Positions 49,062 through 62,592 of a stretch of DNA of 64,000 nt are shown here, piece by piece. The stretch is from positions 1-64,000 of the forward strand of contig CBFFRP010000215.1 in the NCBI GenBank assembly GCA_965644295.1, in the 5' to 3' direction. The translations under genes were made by a program, and so were the position numbers. Source of the DNA: Paraphysomonas bandaiensis. Its lineage: Eukaryota; Protista; Chrysophyceae. The notes under the pieces were generated by a model that did no database searches, was not told the DNA's origin, and saw only the letters and a list, made by a program, of their open reading frames with translations. Within the stretch, counting starts at the first letter, position 1. Each line of letters begins with the position of its first letter.

Positions 49062-51908
49062 TTACGGTCTGCCACTGCCTTGTATTTCTTGAGCGGCAGC
49101 AAAAACCCCTTTCGCAGCGATGGAACAGAATTCGTCAGTCAATTTATTAACAACATCAACACGTTGCTCGTCTTTCACAGAACCTGTACAGTCACGTCGT
49201 AGTCTCTGACTGAGCTCATTTCGGATCATATCTTCAACGGATTTATCATCAACCAATGCTGCCATCCAGAAAATCTTCGCTCGGTAGTCGGGGAGTAAAG
49301 CCAGTTTCACAGAAGCATCACTAGGGCGACCACACTTCTCAGCGGCCTCCTCATGTGCGCAATCTGAAGATTCATCGGGGTCAGACACCTGTTCACTACA
49401 GTCGTCAGTTTGCTGTTGTTCACTTGCAATTGAGTCACTCAAAGAAAGTCCACTGAGTGAGCTCATCCACCCAAGATGTTTATCCAAAAGCGCTGACAGT
49501 TCAGTTGTAGCTGGCGCATCCTGGGCATCGCAAGCCGATAATTCATTACGCAAACCCGCACACGCTGCATCAACGAACTCAGCCAACAGAGAAAGGAGTG
49601 AATCTTTAGTGTTTGGAACACTGCCTCCGTTCATTTTGTGAACTTTCGTGTCTTGCTGTGAGCAACCGGCTCTGACATCTACACCAATCTCACTACATAT
49701 GCGTTTCTGCATAGCTCTCGTCTCTGCGTTTAAGCTTTGAAGCGCTTCTACATATTGCAATCTTAGCTGAAGCTGCAGGTTGTGTATTTGATCAGTGAGA
49801 TACTCCATCTCGTTTCCAGCATCTTTCTGTTCCTTAGCTTCTTTTTCTTTCTTCTCCTGGGCCTCCTGATGAGCCTGCCGTTCCTTCTCTCGGGCTGCAG
49901 CCATTTGTGCTAAATCTTCCGCACAGTAGTCCATCTGTATATCGGCCATGCACGCCGCACGTCTGGCCTGGGCCAACAACTCCTCATCTGCCCTCTTGAT
50001 TATGTCACGTGTCGCAAGAATTAATTCCGCAGCAGATATCGCAGCACTCACCACTGCATCAGCATTGGTGCCCAGAGCAAGGGCACGTGTATGAAATACA
50101 GTGCACAGCATTTGTGTCAAGACATTGTGCACGTCCTCATCTTCTATCGCGAATTCCATCGACCGCTCCGCCCGGGCCAGGCACAGTTCTAATTGATTCT
50201 CTGGTGGGGCAAGGGATGGTAGCCCTTGTTGCACCGCGATACCGCACTGAGCTGCATATTCAATACGCTTCATAAACTGCAGATCTCCTCCAGCTACCGA
50301 TCCATACCGGTCCCCAGACTTGAGCACACCCATTGCCGACGAAATTACTTTTTGCATGTTCACCCCAATCCTTTCCACTGGCTCCACAGCTAATAATGCA
50401 GAGCACACCTGGACCCCATTTCCATCTTTACCAATCACGTCTTCGCTTGACATTTTATATATTTTCTTGAAGGCTCGAGGAAAGGGCAGCTTAGAGGCTG
50501 AAGCGATTTTCTTTTGCCATCTCAGACTTAGTTGACCAAGACGCCCGCAAGTCGACGAATCTAATTTGATTTGTTCGAGGGCTGACTCCATCTCATTCAG
50601 AAGGTCTTGTACAAGTTCCACCTCCGCACGACTGGCAGGAGTGTTAGATGCTTTCAAAGCAGCCGCCTGTACTGCCGCCTCCTCACGACTGCTCTTCAGT
50701 ACATCCTGCATCGGAATATATACATCACACCCATCAAGTATACAAAGCAATTAGCACACCTGATACACATCGTGCAGCTTCTGGAACTTCTCCTTATCGC
50801 CCCCAGGTTTGTCTGGGTGAAGCTTGACTGCCTTAGAGTGATAGGCCTTCTTGATATCTGCCTCGGAAGAAGTTTTGGATACTCCTAATGATAAAAATGC
50901 CCGTGAATCGTCGATTTCCTGCAGCTGAGTAGAAAGGGATGATTTCAGTGCCATGAGTTCTGATACGTAGGGCTGGAAGACCCTGTTGACTGCGTCCAGG
51001 TCCTCTGCAGAGAGTTTCTTTGCTTCAGATACAAGGTCCTCTAGAGAAAGGTCCAGATGAGAGGTAATAATTTTATGCTCTGGTCGAGGTGGTAGCTGTT
51101 CTTCTTCCGTTGCTTCTTCATCTGGTGGGGCAATAGTTTCATCTGTCCGGGAGGTTCGAACAATGTGTATCCGCAGAAGCTCGATCATAATCCGTAAACG
51201 ATACATTTCGGCTTTGTAATACTTTCCACCTTCTCCACGCGACCTTTCGACATCTGTAAAAGGTTTGGTTACAAAGGTGTATGCAGTTAAAATAATTGTC
51301 TAATTACCAGTTTGAGAATTATTTTCAGTGTTTTCATCGCCCACCGCATGACTCTCAGAGACGCTATTTTTCTTAATTGATCTGTCTGCATGTAAATTAT
51401 CCACTCGAATTTGTTTTAAGGCTAAATTAATTTGATCCAATGTCAGTGCAGAGGAAGTTTTTTCCATTGCGTATTTAGATAGTAATTGCATAGCTTCTTT
51501 CAAAACAGCACTTGGTGATTTACTGAACACGTGTTCACACATGAAACCCGAGTCACATAAAAAGTGTTCCGGAAGATTTATAGACTTGCTTAAAATATCA
51601 AATTGCATGTATCGTTTTGGTGCCCCGCACACCAAATGATCAGCAACTTCTTTTGGTTTTTCAGATTTCTTGCAGTTCTGTGACTGATGACACTCAAGCA
51701 GAGCAAGAAGACACTGTCTTCCACTTTGTTCACCATTTACCCAACTCTTCAAGTGTTGGCGCTCAAGTGCAGACAGTCCACTCGGCTCTAAATCTTGTGG
51801 ATTTATATCATCACAAAACACTAAATTATTTCCAAGAATTTCTTTCTTATCAACCACAAGAGAGTGCAATCTTCTCATGGATGCTTGTCGTAACCAATTC
51901 GCATTCAT
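49062..51908 (-). CDS. DnaJ-domain coiled-coil protein, three or more exons
   Basis: LGVS...SEADIKKAYH..A.KLHPDKPGGD.EKFQ.L (HPD). Introns at ~51256-51306 and ~50703-50758. Start uncertain. Confidence 0.8.
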
Positions 51909-52123
51909 GTCAATGATCACTTTGTGCTACCTGTGGATTGAGTGGATTGTATGGCTTCGTAGCGAACTGGAACTAGGAATGAATTATTTAAATAGCAGAA
52001 AGAGCAGTTTCGGACACACATTCTGCTACTATCGTATGTGGATGAAGTCACCATCACCAGATCAGGCAACATATCTTGGCAGGAAATTCTGTATATTGGA
52101 ATACTGCTACTGTGTTACTAAAT

Positions 52124-52317
52124 ACGTACCTACCTACCTACCTACATACATACATACATACATACGTACATACGTACATACATACATACATACATACATA
52201 CATACGTACATACATACATACATACATACATACATACATACATACATACGTACATACATACATACATACATACATACATACATACATACATACATACATA
52301 CATACACACATACATAC
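52124..52317. repeat. (ACAT)n microsatellite with ACGT/ACCT variants
   Basis: Seen directly. Confidence 0.97.
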
Positions 52318-52512
52318 TATTGTAGGTATGGTATACTGCAGTAGGAGGGTCATCCACACCAGCGTATCAAGAGGATCATAATTAAAATCACCCACCATCA
52401 CACATACCCCCGTGACTAACCCCCCTCTACTCACCATCATCAATCTGTGTATTATACTCTAACCCGGCACATCAACCCCACACTCATTTATTAATTAATT
52501 ATTAATTATTCA

Positions 52513-55500
52513 ATGAAGAAATTGGCCGCACCCGGTAGAAGAGGATCGACTAAGCCCCGGCCTGTGTTTAAACCAGAGGGAGATATTGTTGAAACCATTG
52601 ATACGGTTCCGTTATCTCAGCCTCAAGTAGCGGTGAATAAGGAGGCAGAGGATAGAGAAAGGGAGCGTATTGCTGTTGAGGAGGCTGCACGTGAGAGGGA
52701 GCGTGTTGCTGCTGAGGAGGCTGCACGTGAGAAGGAGCGTGTTGCTGCTGAGGAGGCTGCACGTGAGAGGGAGCGTATTGCTGCTGAAGAAGCTGCACGT
52801 GAGAAGGAGCGTATTGCTGCTGAAGAAGCTGCACGTGAGAGGGAGCGTGTTGCTGCTGAAGAAGCTGCACGTGAGAGGGAGCGTGTTGCTGCTGAAGAAG
52901 CTGCACGTGAGAGGGAACGTGTTGCTGCTGAAGAAGCTGCACGTGAGAGGGAGCGTGTTGCTGCTGAAGAAGCTGCACGTGAGAAGGAGCGTATTGCTGC
53001 CGAGGAGGCTGCACGTGAGAAGGAGCGTATTGCTGCTGAAGAAGCTGCACGTGAGAGGGAGCGTATTGCTGCTGAAGAAGCTGCACGTGAGAGGGAGCGT
53101 GTTGCTGCTGAAGAAGCTGCACGTGAGAGGGAGCGTGTTGCTGCTGAAGAAGCTGCACGTGAGAAGGAGCGTATTGCTGCCGAGGAGGCTGCACGTGAGA
53201 GGGAGCGTATTGCTGCTGAAGAAGCTGCACGTGAGAAGGAGCGTATTGCTGCCGAGGAGGCTGCACGTGAGAGGGAGCGTGTTGCTGCTGAAGAAGCTGC
53301 ACGTGAGAAGGAGCGTATTGCTGCAGAGGAACTGGAGAAAGCCCGTGCAGATGCAGAAGCTGAAACTCAACGGATACTGGAGGCAGAGGCAGAGGCTGCT
53401 GCTGAAGTTAGAAAGCAACAGGCTCTGGAAGAGGAGGAAAGGAAGATGCGCGCGGAAGCACTCAGAGCTGAGCAGGAAAGAATTGCTGAAGAAGCTGCGG
53501 CTGCTGAGAAGGAACGTGTCCGACGACAGAAACAGGAGGCTGCAGCTGCGAAAAGCAAACGAGATGCATTTTTAAGCGACATGGATTCTTTTTCAGATAG
53601 CTTCATGCAAAAACAGGTACCGTTCTTTTATTTGAATTCGAGATGATTGTGATGTTGTTCTGTAGGTGGAAAAGGAGTCGGCAATGAGTCGCGCCAAGGA
53701 AGCCGAGCCGGATATTCTTACCAGTTCTTTGTCCTCTGCTAGTTCAGCCTATCGTGCTCCTGCATCTCGCCCCGCAGCACAACAGAACGACCCTGAACCT
53801 ACTCAGCCTGAGACAACTGACCTTCAAGTACCTCCTGCTCACTACTCAGAGGAGGGAGCCAGGCCTGTTTCTGCACCAAAAGGATCCGCTAAACCGGAGA
53901 CCGCCGAGAAATTTACTGCTGCAGCAACCGCCCTTTTCTCCCAGCTTGACAATAATGAGACAGAAACCCAAGTACAACAGGAGACGAAAAATGCCGAGGA
54001 GGAGGAGGAGGAGACCGAAGTGCTTCGACTTCCCACTAGATCTGTGAATGTTAAGAAACAGAAGAAGACGACATCTACTGAAACAGATTCCAAGCCTCAG
54101 GCTGATACTGGGGAAACGAAAGTGGAAGAAGTTAGTTCGCCGTCTTCTACTTCTCCTGCGGAAAATAAAAAGTCGTCTATATTGGATCGTGTTAAGGGAG
54201 GACTCAAAGGTATATCCGCTTGTGCTATACATTTTCGCCACTGGCTTACAGCAAATGCACCTAGGATTTGGAAGCCCGAAGGAAGCGGCTAGTCAAGGAC
54301 GTTTCAGCGATGATGAGGATGATGACGAAGATGATGATGACGATGACGCCAACATGACAGAGAAAGAACGGGCGGCTTGGAGAGCCAAACAACAAGACCT
54401 CACAATACGCAGGAAAGGTATTCAATACTTGCTCGCGGCATGTATATATATTGGTGTTGACCGTATATTGTAGAGTTTCACGGGGCAGTGACTTATGCTT
54501 TTGGCGGGGTGTTTGCCTGGCAGATGTATTCCGCTGTGGATGCTATCGATGAGTACGGTACGTCTGTAATCTCATGTGTTAATTTAATTATTAATTGCTT
54601 TGTGTAGGAAAGCCTTATACAGTGAGTAACACAGGGTGGGAGTTTGTATGCTATACACTAAAATTTCGCTGTAGGAGTATCTAATGAGGTGCCAGTGGGG
54701 AACAACATGGGAAAATATGCAGCCATGGCTGGTTGCAAGACGATTCCGAGAATTTGATGCTCTGAATGAGTTGGTATGGTTTGCTATCCGTACATAATCG
54801 ATGAATGATGGTGTATATAACGCAGCTACAAAGACATTTCCCTAAGCTGCGGGAGAAAATGTTCCCTCTACCGAAAAAACTTTTGTTTGGTTCTCTTCAA
54901 TCAGAAACTATTGATCAAAGAACAAAAGACATTGAAGAATATATGGCGACCATCATTACCAATATCCCCAATGTATGTCTACTGATTAATTACATGTGAT
55001 GTATTCAATTTTAAAGTCGTTGTATTTGCTTCTAGATGCTGAAGTCGAGATACATTGATGATTTTTTTGGCATCTCAGCTCGACTAAAGACTATTCGTGC
55101 ACAGCTAGAAGAGATGAGTCGCAATGCCCCACCACCCGCTCCTGAGGAGGAGAACCCATTCACTGGAATTGTCCCTCTTGCTCCTGGTACTGTTGAAGAG
55201 ATGGGTTTAGGAAAAGAGTCTAGAGAGCGCGCGCAGAGCCAGGAAGAGAAGAAACAAGAGACCGTGAAGACGCTAGAGTTGGAGGATGTACGAATTTTTT
55301 GTTTACTTATTTCGATACTCTTATTTCTTGTGCTAGCTGATGACTGAAGAAGATGTCAATGCGTTATGTACCGCACAAACGCCCCCGTTTGACAGCGATG
55401 AATTGGGACAAATGGAAGAGTACATTACTCGACTTCGCCAGTTACTTCGAAAGACACGCGCCAAGGTGATTTTGAACATGTGTTTATTAGTAAGATAACG

Positions 55501-55735
55501 TTTTATACCTATGTAGAATATTCCCACTGATCCTAAGATACGAAAGATGATTGATGAGTGCCAGAGCAGATGGTCACGCCTCCACAGTACCAGTCTTATA
55601 GATCCCGATGGTGCGAGAGGCGGTGTCATGCTGATTCCCCGAGCAATGCAAGCAGAAGAAGAGCTGGAAGGGGCCATAAAGGAGCTCAGAAGTTTGTTGA
55701 TTGCGCAGTCTATGGGATCGCCTCTACACTTTTAA
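52513..55735 (+). CDS. E/R/A-repeat (single alpha-helix) protein with a C-terminal PX domain, multi-exon
   Basis: PX: EY.MRC.WG......W.VARRFREFDAL..|LQRHFP......LPKK.LFG.......QR...IEEY. Long charged repeat at the N-terminus. Confidence 0.85.
52678..53325 (+). repeat. Coding 36-bp minisatellite, 18 x EEAARE(R/K)ER(V/I)AA
   Basis: Seen directly in DNA and protein. Confidence 0.95.
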
Positions 55736-57183
55736 ACTGGAATATGTATCACTTTAGGTAGCTCTGTAGGTCTCATACAAGTATCATGTAATGCTCTCAA
55801 TGCATCACTAACGGTAATATTTTGAATGGTATTGAAATAGTTGAGAATTAGACCATATTAACATAACATAGTGATGTTATAGTTTAAGGTACATTACATC
55901 AACTAGTGGCGAAATAGTAACTAGCTTATTCCACCTACTTTCAAGCATTCGTGTAACGAATAGTATTGAATAAAATATTTGGGCATTACGGACAATACCA
56001 ACATCTTATCGATTCTTATAGCTTATAGTGGAAGATATCTTTGCTTCGCAGATATACATGTATTTACGTATACTAATTCAAATTCCTAGATGCATTAATG
56101 AAGAAAACCCGAAACTTGGTTGTTGTTCACATAACCAGCATGCCACTAAAGCAGTTATATAATGACGAAGAGTAGAAACAGATATATTGATATGATGTCA
56201 GGTAATAATATGTGAGAATGCGCCTAATTGAAGTTGAGAATAATATTTACTACTTAGTTTAGGATAGTGTACAGTGCACAGAGAACATCAGAGAAAGAAA
56301 TGCGAACTAACAAGACAGCGTGCACATGGAATAGTGCCAATGCGTGTAGGTACTTCTATACGTTGCTGCACATGCCTTAGGCATCAATATGTACTGTAAC
56401 GTCACGCTGCATAGTAACTACTGCGAATTCTAGTACAAGTAGCTGTCGATATCCTTCATGAACCATAACAAACTAAAGCCCAATTGTTTCGTAGATTTTT
56501 GACCTCCCCTTACCAACGCGAACTATAACATAACTCATTCGAGATGACGATAGATCTGATGGATCTGTTTGATATGTATGTACAGCAAATGCACCAAATA
56601 GAGCAGGAGGACATTGAGTTATTTCCCCATTTACGAGAAAACTGCACTTTTGACGTTTCTACAGTGTAAAAATCCTTCAATTCTATTTCAGAATTCTGCT
56701 TTTTAGACACTTCCTGCCACAAACCTGCGCTTTTTTGTCCCATATTGTTGTTAGATACTGTAAATACATATGGGAAATACCGTGTATCCAAACTCTGTAT
56801 GCCGTATCGGCATCTTATTTTCGGAAAAATATTGAAGCAAAATTTGTCTATATTATTGCAATACATCTACGGCTGGAATACAGATAGTTGTTGCCTCAAT
56901 ATTTGAGGCATCTTTGAACTAAAATATACAAAGGATGCCAATACGGCCACATCCAAATGTATTATTCACGTATCTGTATATACGTACAGTATGAAGGAAG
57001 TTCTCCTCTACTGCTGCGCGTATCATTCACAGCACAGCACAGCACAGCTCCAACATATGGCAACATACACACTGCTGTACACATACATCTCTACACTCAT
57101 CTAACCGGCATAGTTCATCATACTCTATAAGTAAACATAATTCCCTTCCCCACAACAAGTTTTATGGTCATTCTAATTGAATA

Positions 57184-58481
57184 ATGGCAACAGAGAAAAG
57201 TCTGACCAACGACAACAGACTCTCTGATGATGGCGAGCACAGGAAAGGGCAGAACTTACTCGAATCATCTCAACAAACAATGCCTAAATTCATGGACGTT
57301 GATATCGATACATGGTGTATTCCTGTATCTATATTCCTGGGCGTATTGGTAGAGATGTATTGCTAAGTAGTGTCTGTATCTTATTGTGGCTCTCAGGTGG
57401 GGTTATTTGTTCCTGGGAGTTCAGAGCTCTCAGTTGGATATCGGACTGTCTCCAGTGTCATTGGATGGATATATTTTTTTGCATGGACTCTTTCATTTTA
57501 CCCACAGGTATAGGTCATTTGAATTTTATATGGATTTGGTGTCACGTGGATATGTACGCGTAGGTGTTTCTGAATGCGGCTCGACGGACAACTACTGGGA
57601 TGGTTTCAGACAAGCTTGTGTATGATTTTATCGGATTTTCGTCCCTTTCTGTATACTGTGTAGCTCTTTACTGTGTAGGCTCTGTGAGGGAAGAGTACAG
57701 AAATAAGTATAACGGGAATAACCCCAAGGTGCAAATAAATGATGTCTGCTTTGCTGTACACGCATTGATATTGACCTTCGTTCAAATCGGTCAAATGGCG
57801 TATTACAACGGCTGGAAACAACTACCCTCTAAACCTTGTCTATATGGATCAGCAATAACACTCGTTATTATTGGCCTGTACCTTGCTCTAGTTTTGGTAA
57901 TCGATTCCAATGTGTTCGTGTTTCTATATTGGTTGCAGTTCATATCATTCGTCAAGATTGGTGTAACAATGATCAAATACGTTCCACAAGCGCTTCTCAA
58001 TTATACGCGTAAGTCGACCCAAGGTTGGAGCATTACCACTTGTACGCTAGATTTAATTGGGAGCACTCTTAGTCTCCTCCAGCTGATGCTTGATTGTTAC
58101 GACACCAACGACTGGAGTGCCATTGTTGGGGACTTGGTCAAGTTTGCTCTGGGGCTTGTGTCAATGCTCTTTGACTTTATATTCATAGCCCAGCATTACG
58201 TACTTTACCCAAATAGTGACCAAGGAGTATATAGCCCGCTACTGGATGATGAGTATACGGAGAGACCACCGGATAGTTCTCCGGATAATATTCCTTCCAT
58301 ACCTTGGGAAGTGAGGGATGAGCCCCAAACTGCTGCAAATACTGGCACCACTTTACCAAACGAGAATCCATGGTGGCTAGAGAATCGGAACGGGGCTTCA
58401 AATGCGTCACGACCGCCTGAAGACGAAAGTCCCGTGTATTATACCGATGAAGCATGTTGGGTATCCTCCCCTGATAGCTAG
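57184..58481 (+). CDS. CTNS: Cystinosin-like PQ-loop lysosomal transporter
   Basis: IGWIYFFAWTLSFYPQ|VFLN..RRTTTG, V.INDVCFA.HA, KYVPQALLNY.RKST.GWSI, QHYVLY. Confidence 0.92.
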
Positions 58482-59889
58482 TGTACGGTACACTGATTGA
58501 AGATATTGCCTATATTAATCAACAAGCTATATTTTTTTGATTTTTTCTACTTCTACGATTGTTAATAACTGTTGTAATTAACAGTGTTATTTGAAAACAT
58601 GCATATTTTTCTACGTCAGGTCGTGTATTTGTATTCTGCCGTGCCTGTTTAGATGCTTTGCGGTACACAAGTTCACAATGTTGTTAAGAAAACTGCTTCG
58701 AAATATATGTTACTCAGTCCATATTAATTGTGTTACCATTCTACGATTACGAAATAAAAAAAAGAACTTCACAGACATACTTATACTGCATAAAATTTCA
58801 GAGAATAATGTCTCTTCGAGCATATATCAATGCTGTCGTGATCTCCATTCTCATCACCCTCATGACCGTTCTTATTGTTGCCGTCCTTTCGTAATTTTTT
58901 TTGATTTTCATCATTGCCGTGTCTGTGTCCGCAAAGTTGCATAACATATTCATTCAACCAGAGATAGTCTAAATATATGACATGAGCATGCACCATTTCC
59001 GAGTGTATAATCTTGAGTATTGAGTATGCATTAATATCAGAGCAATCGGTATGCATATAAACCCACGGTGTAAAAAATAGACTCACGTTGTAAAATATGC
59101 ACACATACCACTTGTACCGCAGGCATGGCAGCTGCGAGGCCAGAGTCAGCTGTGTCATGCCACTCCCTCAAAAATAAAACCAATACACCCAAAGCACATA
59201 AAAAATGCTATTAAAAAGATACCAGGATCATGTGAAAAGGCAAGAAATATACTCTCCGTTCATATTAAAAGACATTGCTAAAATTGATCGTAAGGAGGTT
59301 ACTTCGAGCAATCAGATCCTTCGATAGGATAGAGCTGAAGATTCGTATATACGTACATACTGCAATTCAAATACTAATAAAATGTGTTTGTTATTCGGCA
59401 TCGAAAGGTGTTCGTTGCTTTCTTTGAAAGATGTCTTTTTACTTGATCTGATACATACAGGTGGTTCTGAGCTGACGGCTCCACCACAGGTACATCGACT
59501 GCTGCACTATACCTACAATACCGAGTACACTCTGTATGTAGATATCTAGTTTACCAAAATTGAGAATATACTGTAGCAGATTTAATTCCATCATGCATGC
59601 ATTGAACTTGACTTGCACCACAAGATCTCGATAGATATCACGACCACACTGGGGGTTTCCTGGTCCATGACTTGATGGAGATAAAAACCTCAACTTATAT
59701 ATAAATTTCCCCTTTTTTTGACATATTCGTATAGAACTATAATAAAAATCAACAAAAAACTAACGACAGTAATGTCCTGTGAATCTACCATACACTGACA
59801 GCAGCGCCATTAACCATATATACATATATAGACAATAGAATTAGATGTTAAGTGGATAAAAACAACATCTCATAGAAGTATTGATCATC

Positions 59890-61945
59890 ATGCGTAGTCG
59901 TGTGTATAATTCCAATGCAGCTAGTCGTAACTCCATCCATATGCTCCCTTATAGTGACGGGAAGTCGAAGCACTCTATGAAGCACTGTGGATGCATAGGG
60001 ATCACACTCGCTCTTATTATATTCACATTTATACTATTTGCATTACATTATCAACTGAATGTTATCATGATATTGAGGTCAATGCTGTCTGATAAGAGTG
60101 ATGAACTTGTTGAGTGTCTGCATAATGTGAATGAACTCGATTCAATGGTGAATACACTTGAATCAGAGAGAAAATCACTTCAGCAATCAGCTCATAGTCG
60201 TACAGAGTCTGAAAAAGTTATTGTACATCATTCTTCTCGTGTAAAAAAACACGATTCATATTACCCCTACGATTTACGAGATGTTATGCTTCTCTCGAAC
60301 CGGCAGACTGATGAAGATGTTATGTATACGTTTATGCGAAAATGGGAAGTGCAAAGTCCTTTGTATCTGCGGTGTGGAGTTGTACGTAGCGTCTCACTCC
60401 CTCTTTCTCGTCCCTCTTCCGGTGCAAAGTGTCGTGTAGCAATCGTATCCTCATATTACCCTCGACCATGTGGAATAGCAACGCATTCGGGGAAAGTAGT
60501 GGAGGGGTTGCAAGAAGTGTGTCCTGAAGGGTCTGTGATAGATGTCATAGCGGTGAGATAGTGAGTGCATGTATACAATGGCAAGCAGTAGATGTTCTCC
60601 GAAATAAAATAAATTTTAATTCCTAGTTGCTGTTTAGGTAACGAACCCCGAAGAGTCTACTGCGAAGTTCCCATCTGTTGTGACCCACACGTTTGCTAAG
60701 GAGAGCTTGCAGAATCACATTGAAACTGCGGACTATGTAAACTCTCGGAACTATGATATGGTTATTTTCAGCTACGAGTTTGGACTATATGCAGACGAAT
60801 ATTTCTTGTGTTTACTGCGAGGAATAAAAAACACGCTAATTGTTTCCATCCTGCACACTCTTGCAGATAATTTGCCCTATCAAAAACAAGCACTTCTACA
60901 ACAGGTAATAGAATATGTTTGGGGTGCATGGTGATGTCGTCTGTGCACTATTTTTATATGTACTTAGGTTTGCTGTAACGTTTAACGCCTGTTGCTACTG
61001 ACAGGTTATTATGCTCTCTCATAAGGTCGTGGTGATGACAGAGACAATGAAGCGAAAGCTTTTCCAACTTCACAATACACCATCTGGGCTAGTGACCGTA
61101 ATCCCTCACGGAGTTCCATCTTACTCTCCTACTAATGAACTTATTCGCAAATCTAATAGTTATCCCATTAAGAGTATTTATGGAAATAATAAAGTTATTT
61201 TCTCTAATGGGCTTATACATCAAGGGAAGGGGATGGAATATACAATCGAGGTGTGGAAAACAGAGTAAGGTATATGCTTTTGCTGACTGCTAGTTTTATA
61301 CTACAGGCAATGCCTTCGATTCTAGCTTCCCATCCCGATGCTCTCCTTGTAATACAAGGAACACCCCACCCTACTGGAGACGGCACCCTAGAGTATTACA
61401 GGTACATTCACGTAGCTGTTTCTCACTGTCTGCAACGATGCATCTTGTATATTTATGCTTGAATTGCGTAGATAGCAAGTTCTTATGAGTTTTGTAGAAT
61501 GTTACAGTCACTAGTTGCTGCGCGGCATTTGGAGAATAGGGTTATTTTCAACGATACTTTTCTTCGTGACGAGGACCTCAGAGATGGCCTACTCAGTGCT
61601 CATGTCTACGTCAATGCATATACTGATGAGGTCGCATCTGTATCAGGTGTGAGTTGTATAATAATGCACATACAAGAAATATGAAACTGTCGTATAGGAA
61701 CACTTGCAATGGCAATGGGCTTTGGGGTTCCATGTGTTTCAACCCCCTATCCGTATGCTTCGGAGGTTCTGGCTGACAGAAGGGGGATATTAGTGCCTTT
61801 TAGAAACCCTTTCGCTTTAGCGAATGCTGTTACGTATCTCTTAGATGACATTGATCGCGCGAGGGAAATAGGTTTGCGTGGTGCTGCGAGCACATTGTCT
61901 TGGAACGATGTGGGGAAGGAATTCTTAGCGATAGTGTACGAATAG
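59890..61945 (+). CDS. GT4-family glycosyltransferase with N-terminal TM anchor and coiled coil, six exons
   Basis: SSYYPRPCGIATHS, EFGLY, IPHGVP, GKGMEY.IE|AMP.I...HPD, VSG|TLAMAMG.G.P.VSTPYPYA.EVL...G.LVPF. Confidence 0.9.
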
Positions 61946-62592
61946 AAGATTTACGTTATTCCTGTGAAGTGTGTGTGACTGTGTCTATTGTATATAAACT
62001 GTTCAGTAACTAGCGAATTGTTAGGTGCTACTTTTAGTGTTTCACATTGCTACGTATACTTAGTTTGCAGCCTATATTGGATTAATTTAAATCCTATATT
62101 TTTGGTGTTTTCGCACGATTTTATGGCTTCAATATCAGTCATGGCTTCCGACGACATTGAGCAATACCAGTAGAAAGAGTCTTGAAACGTGTTCGCATTG
62201 ATGAGGGAACGCTAGTGGGCCTTGCGTTTGCGTTTTACATAAACTTTATGTTCTGCCTCATATCAGCCGTTTCTATCCATGTATCCATGTTGATGCTAAC
62301 ACCGACACAGTCTCCCACATACAGGTCGCCTTGATTTTTTTGGGGCAGGAGACATGACAATGTAGAATAATAATCTAGAATAATTAAGCACTGGTTGTGT
62401 CTTCTCTACTCTCTCTTTATTGACTAAAGACCATTTTCAGATGATTAAGATCGTTGTAAGAGAAGTTTAAGTTAGTCAAACTAGATAGATTACTTTATTA
62501 TGATTGTATACACAATTGTGTGTGTTGTCATGTAGCACATGTCAACAACATGATAAATTATTTCGTTCATGTTAACCACTGCTCAACTTCCG

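Noticed and set aside
52568-53575. Three long alternative-frame or antisense ORFs
   Set aside because: Shadows of the 36-bp coding repeat.
58591-59700. Short ORFs between cystinosin and GT4
   Set aside because: No recognisable motifs or consistent splice model.
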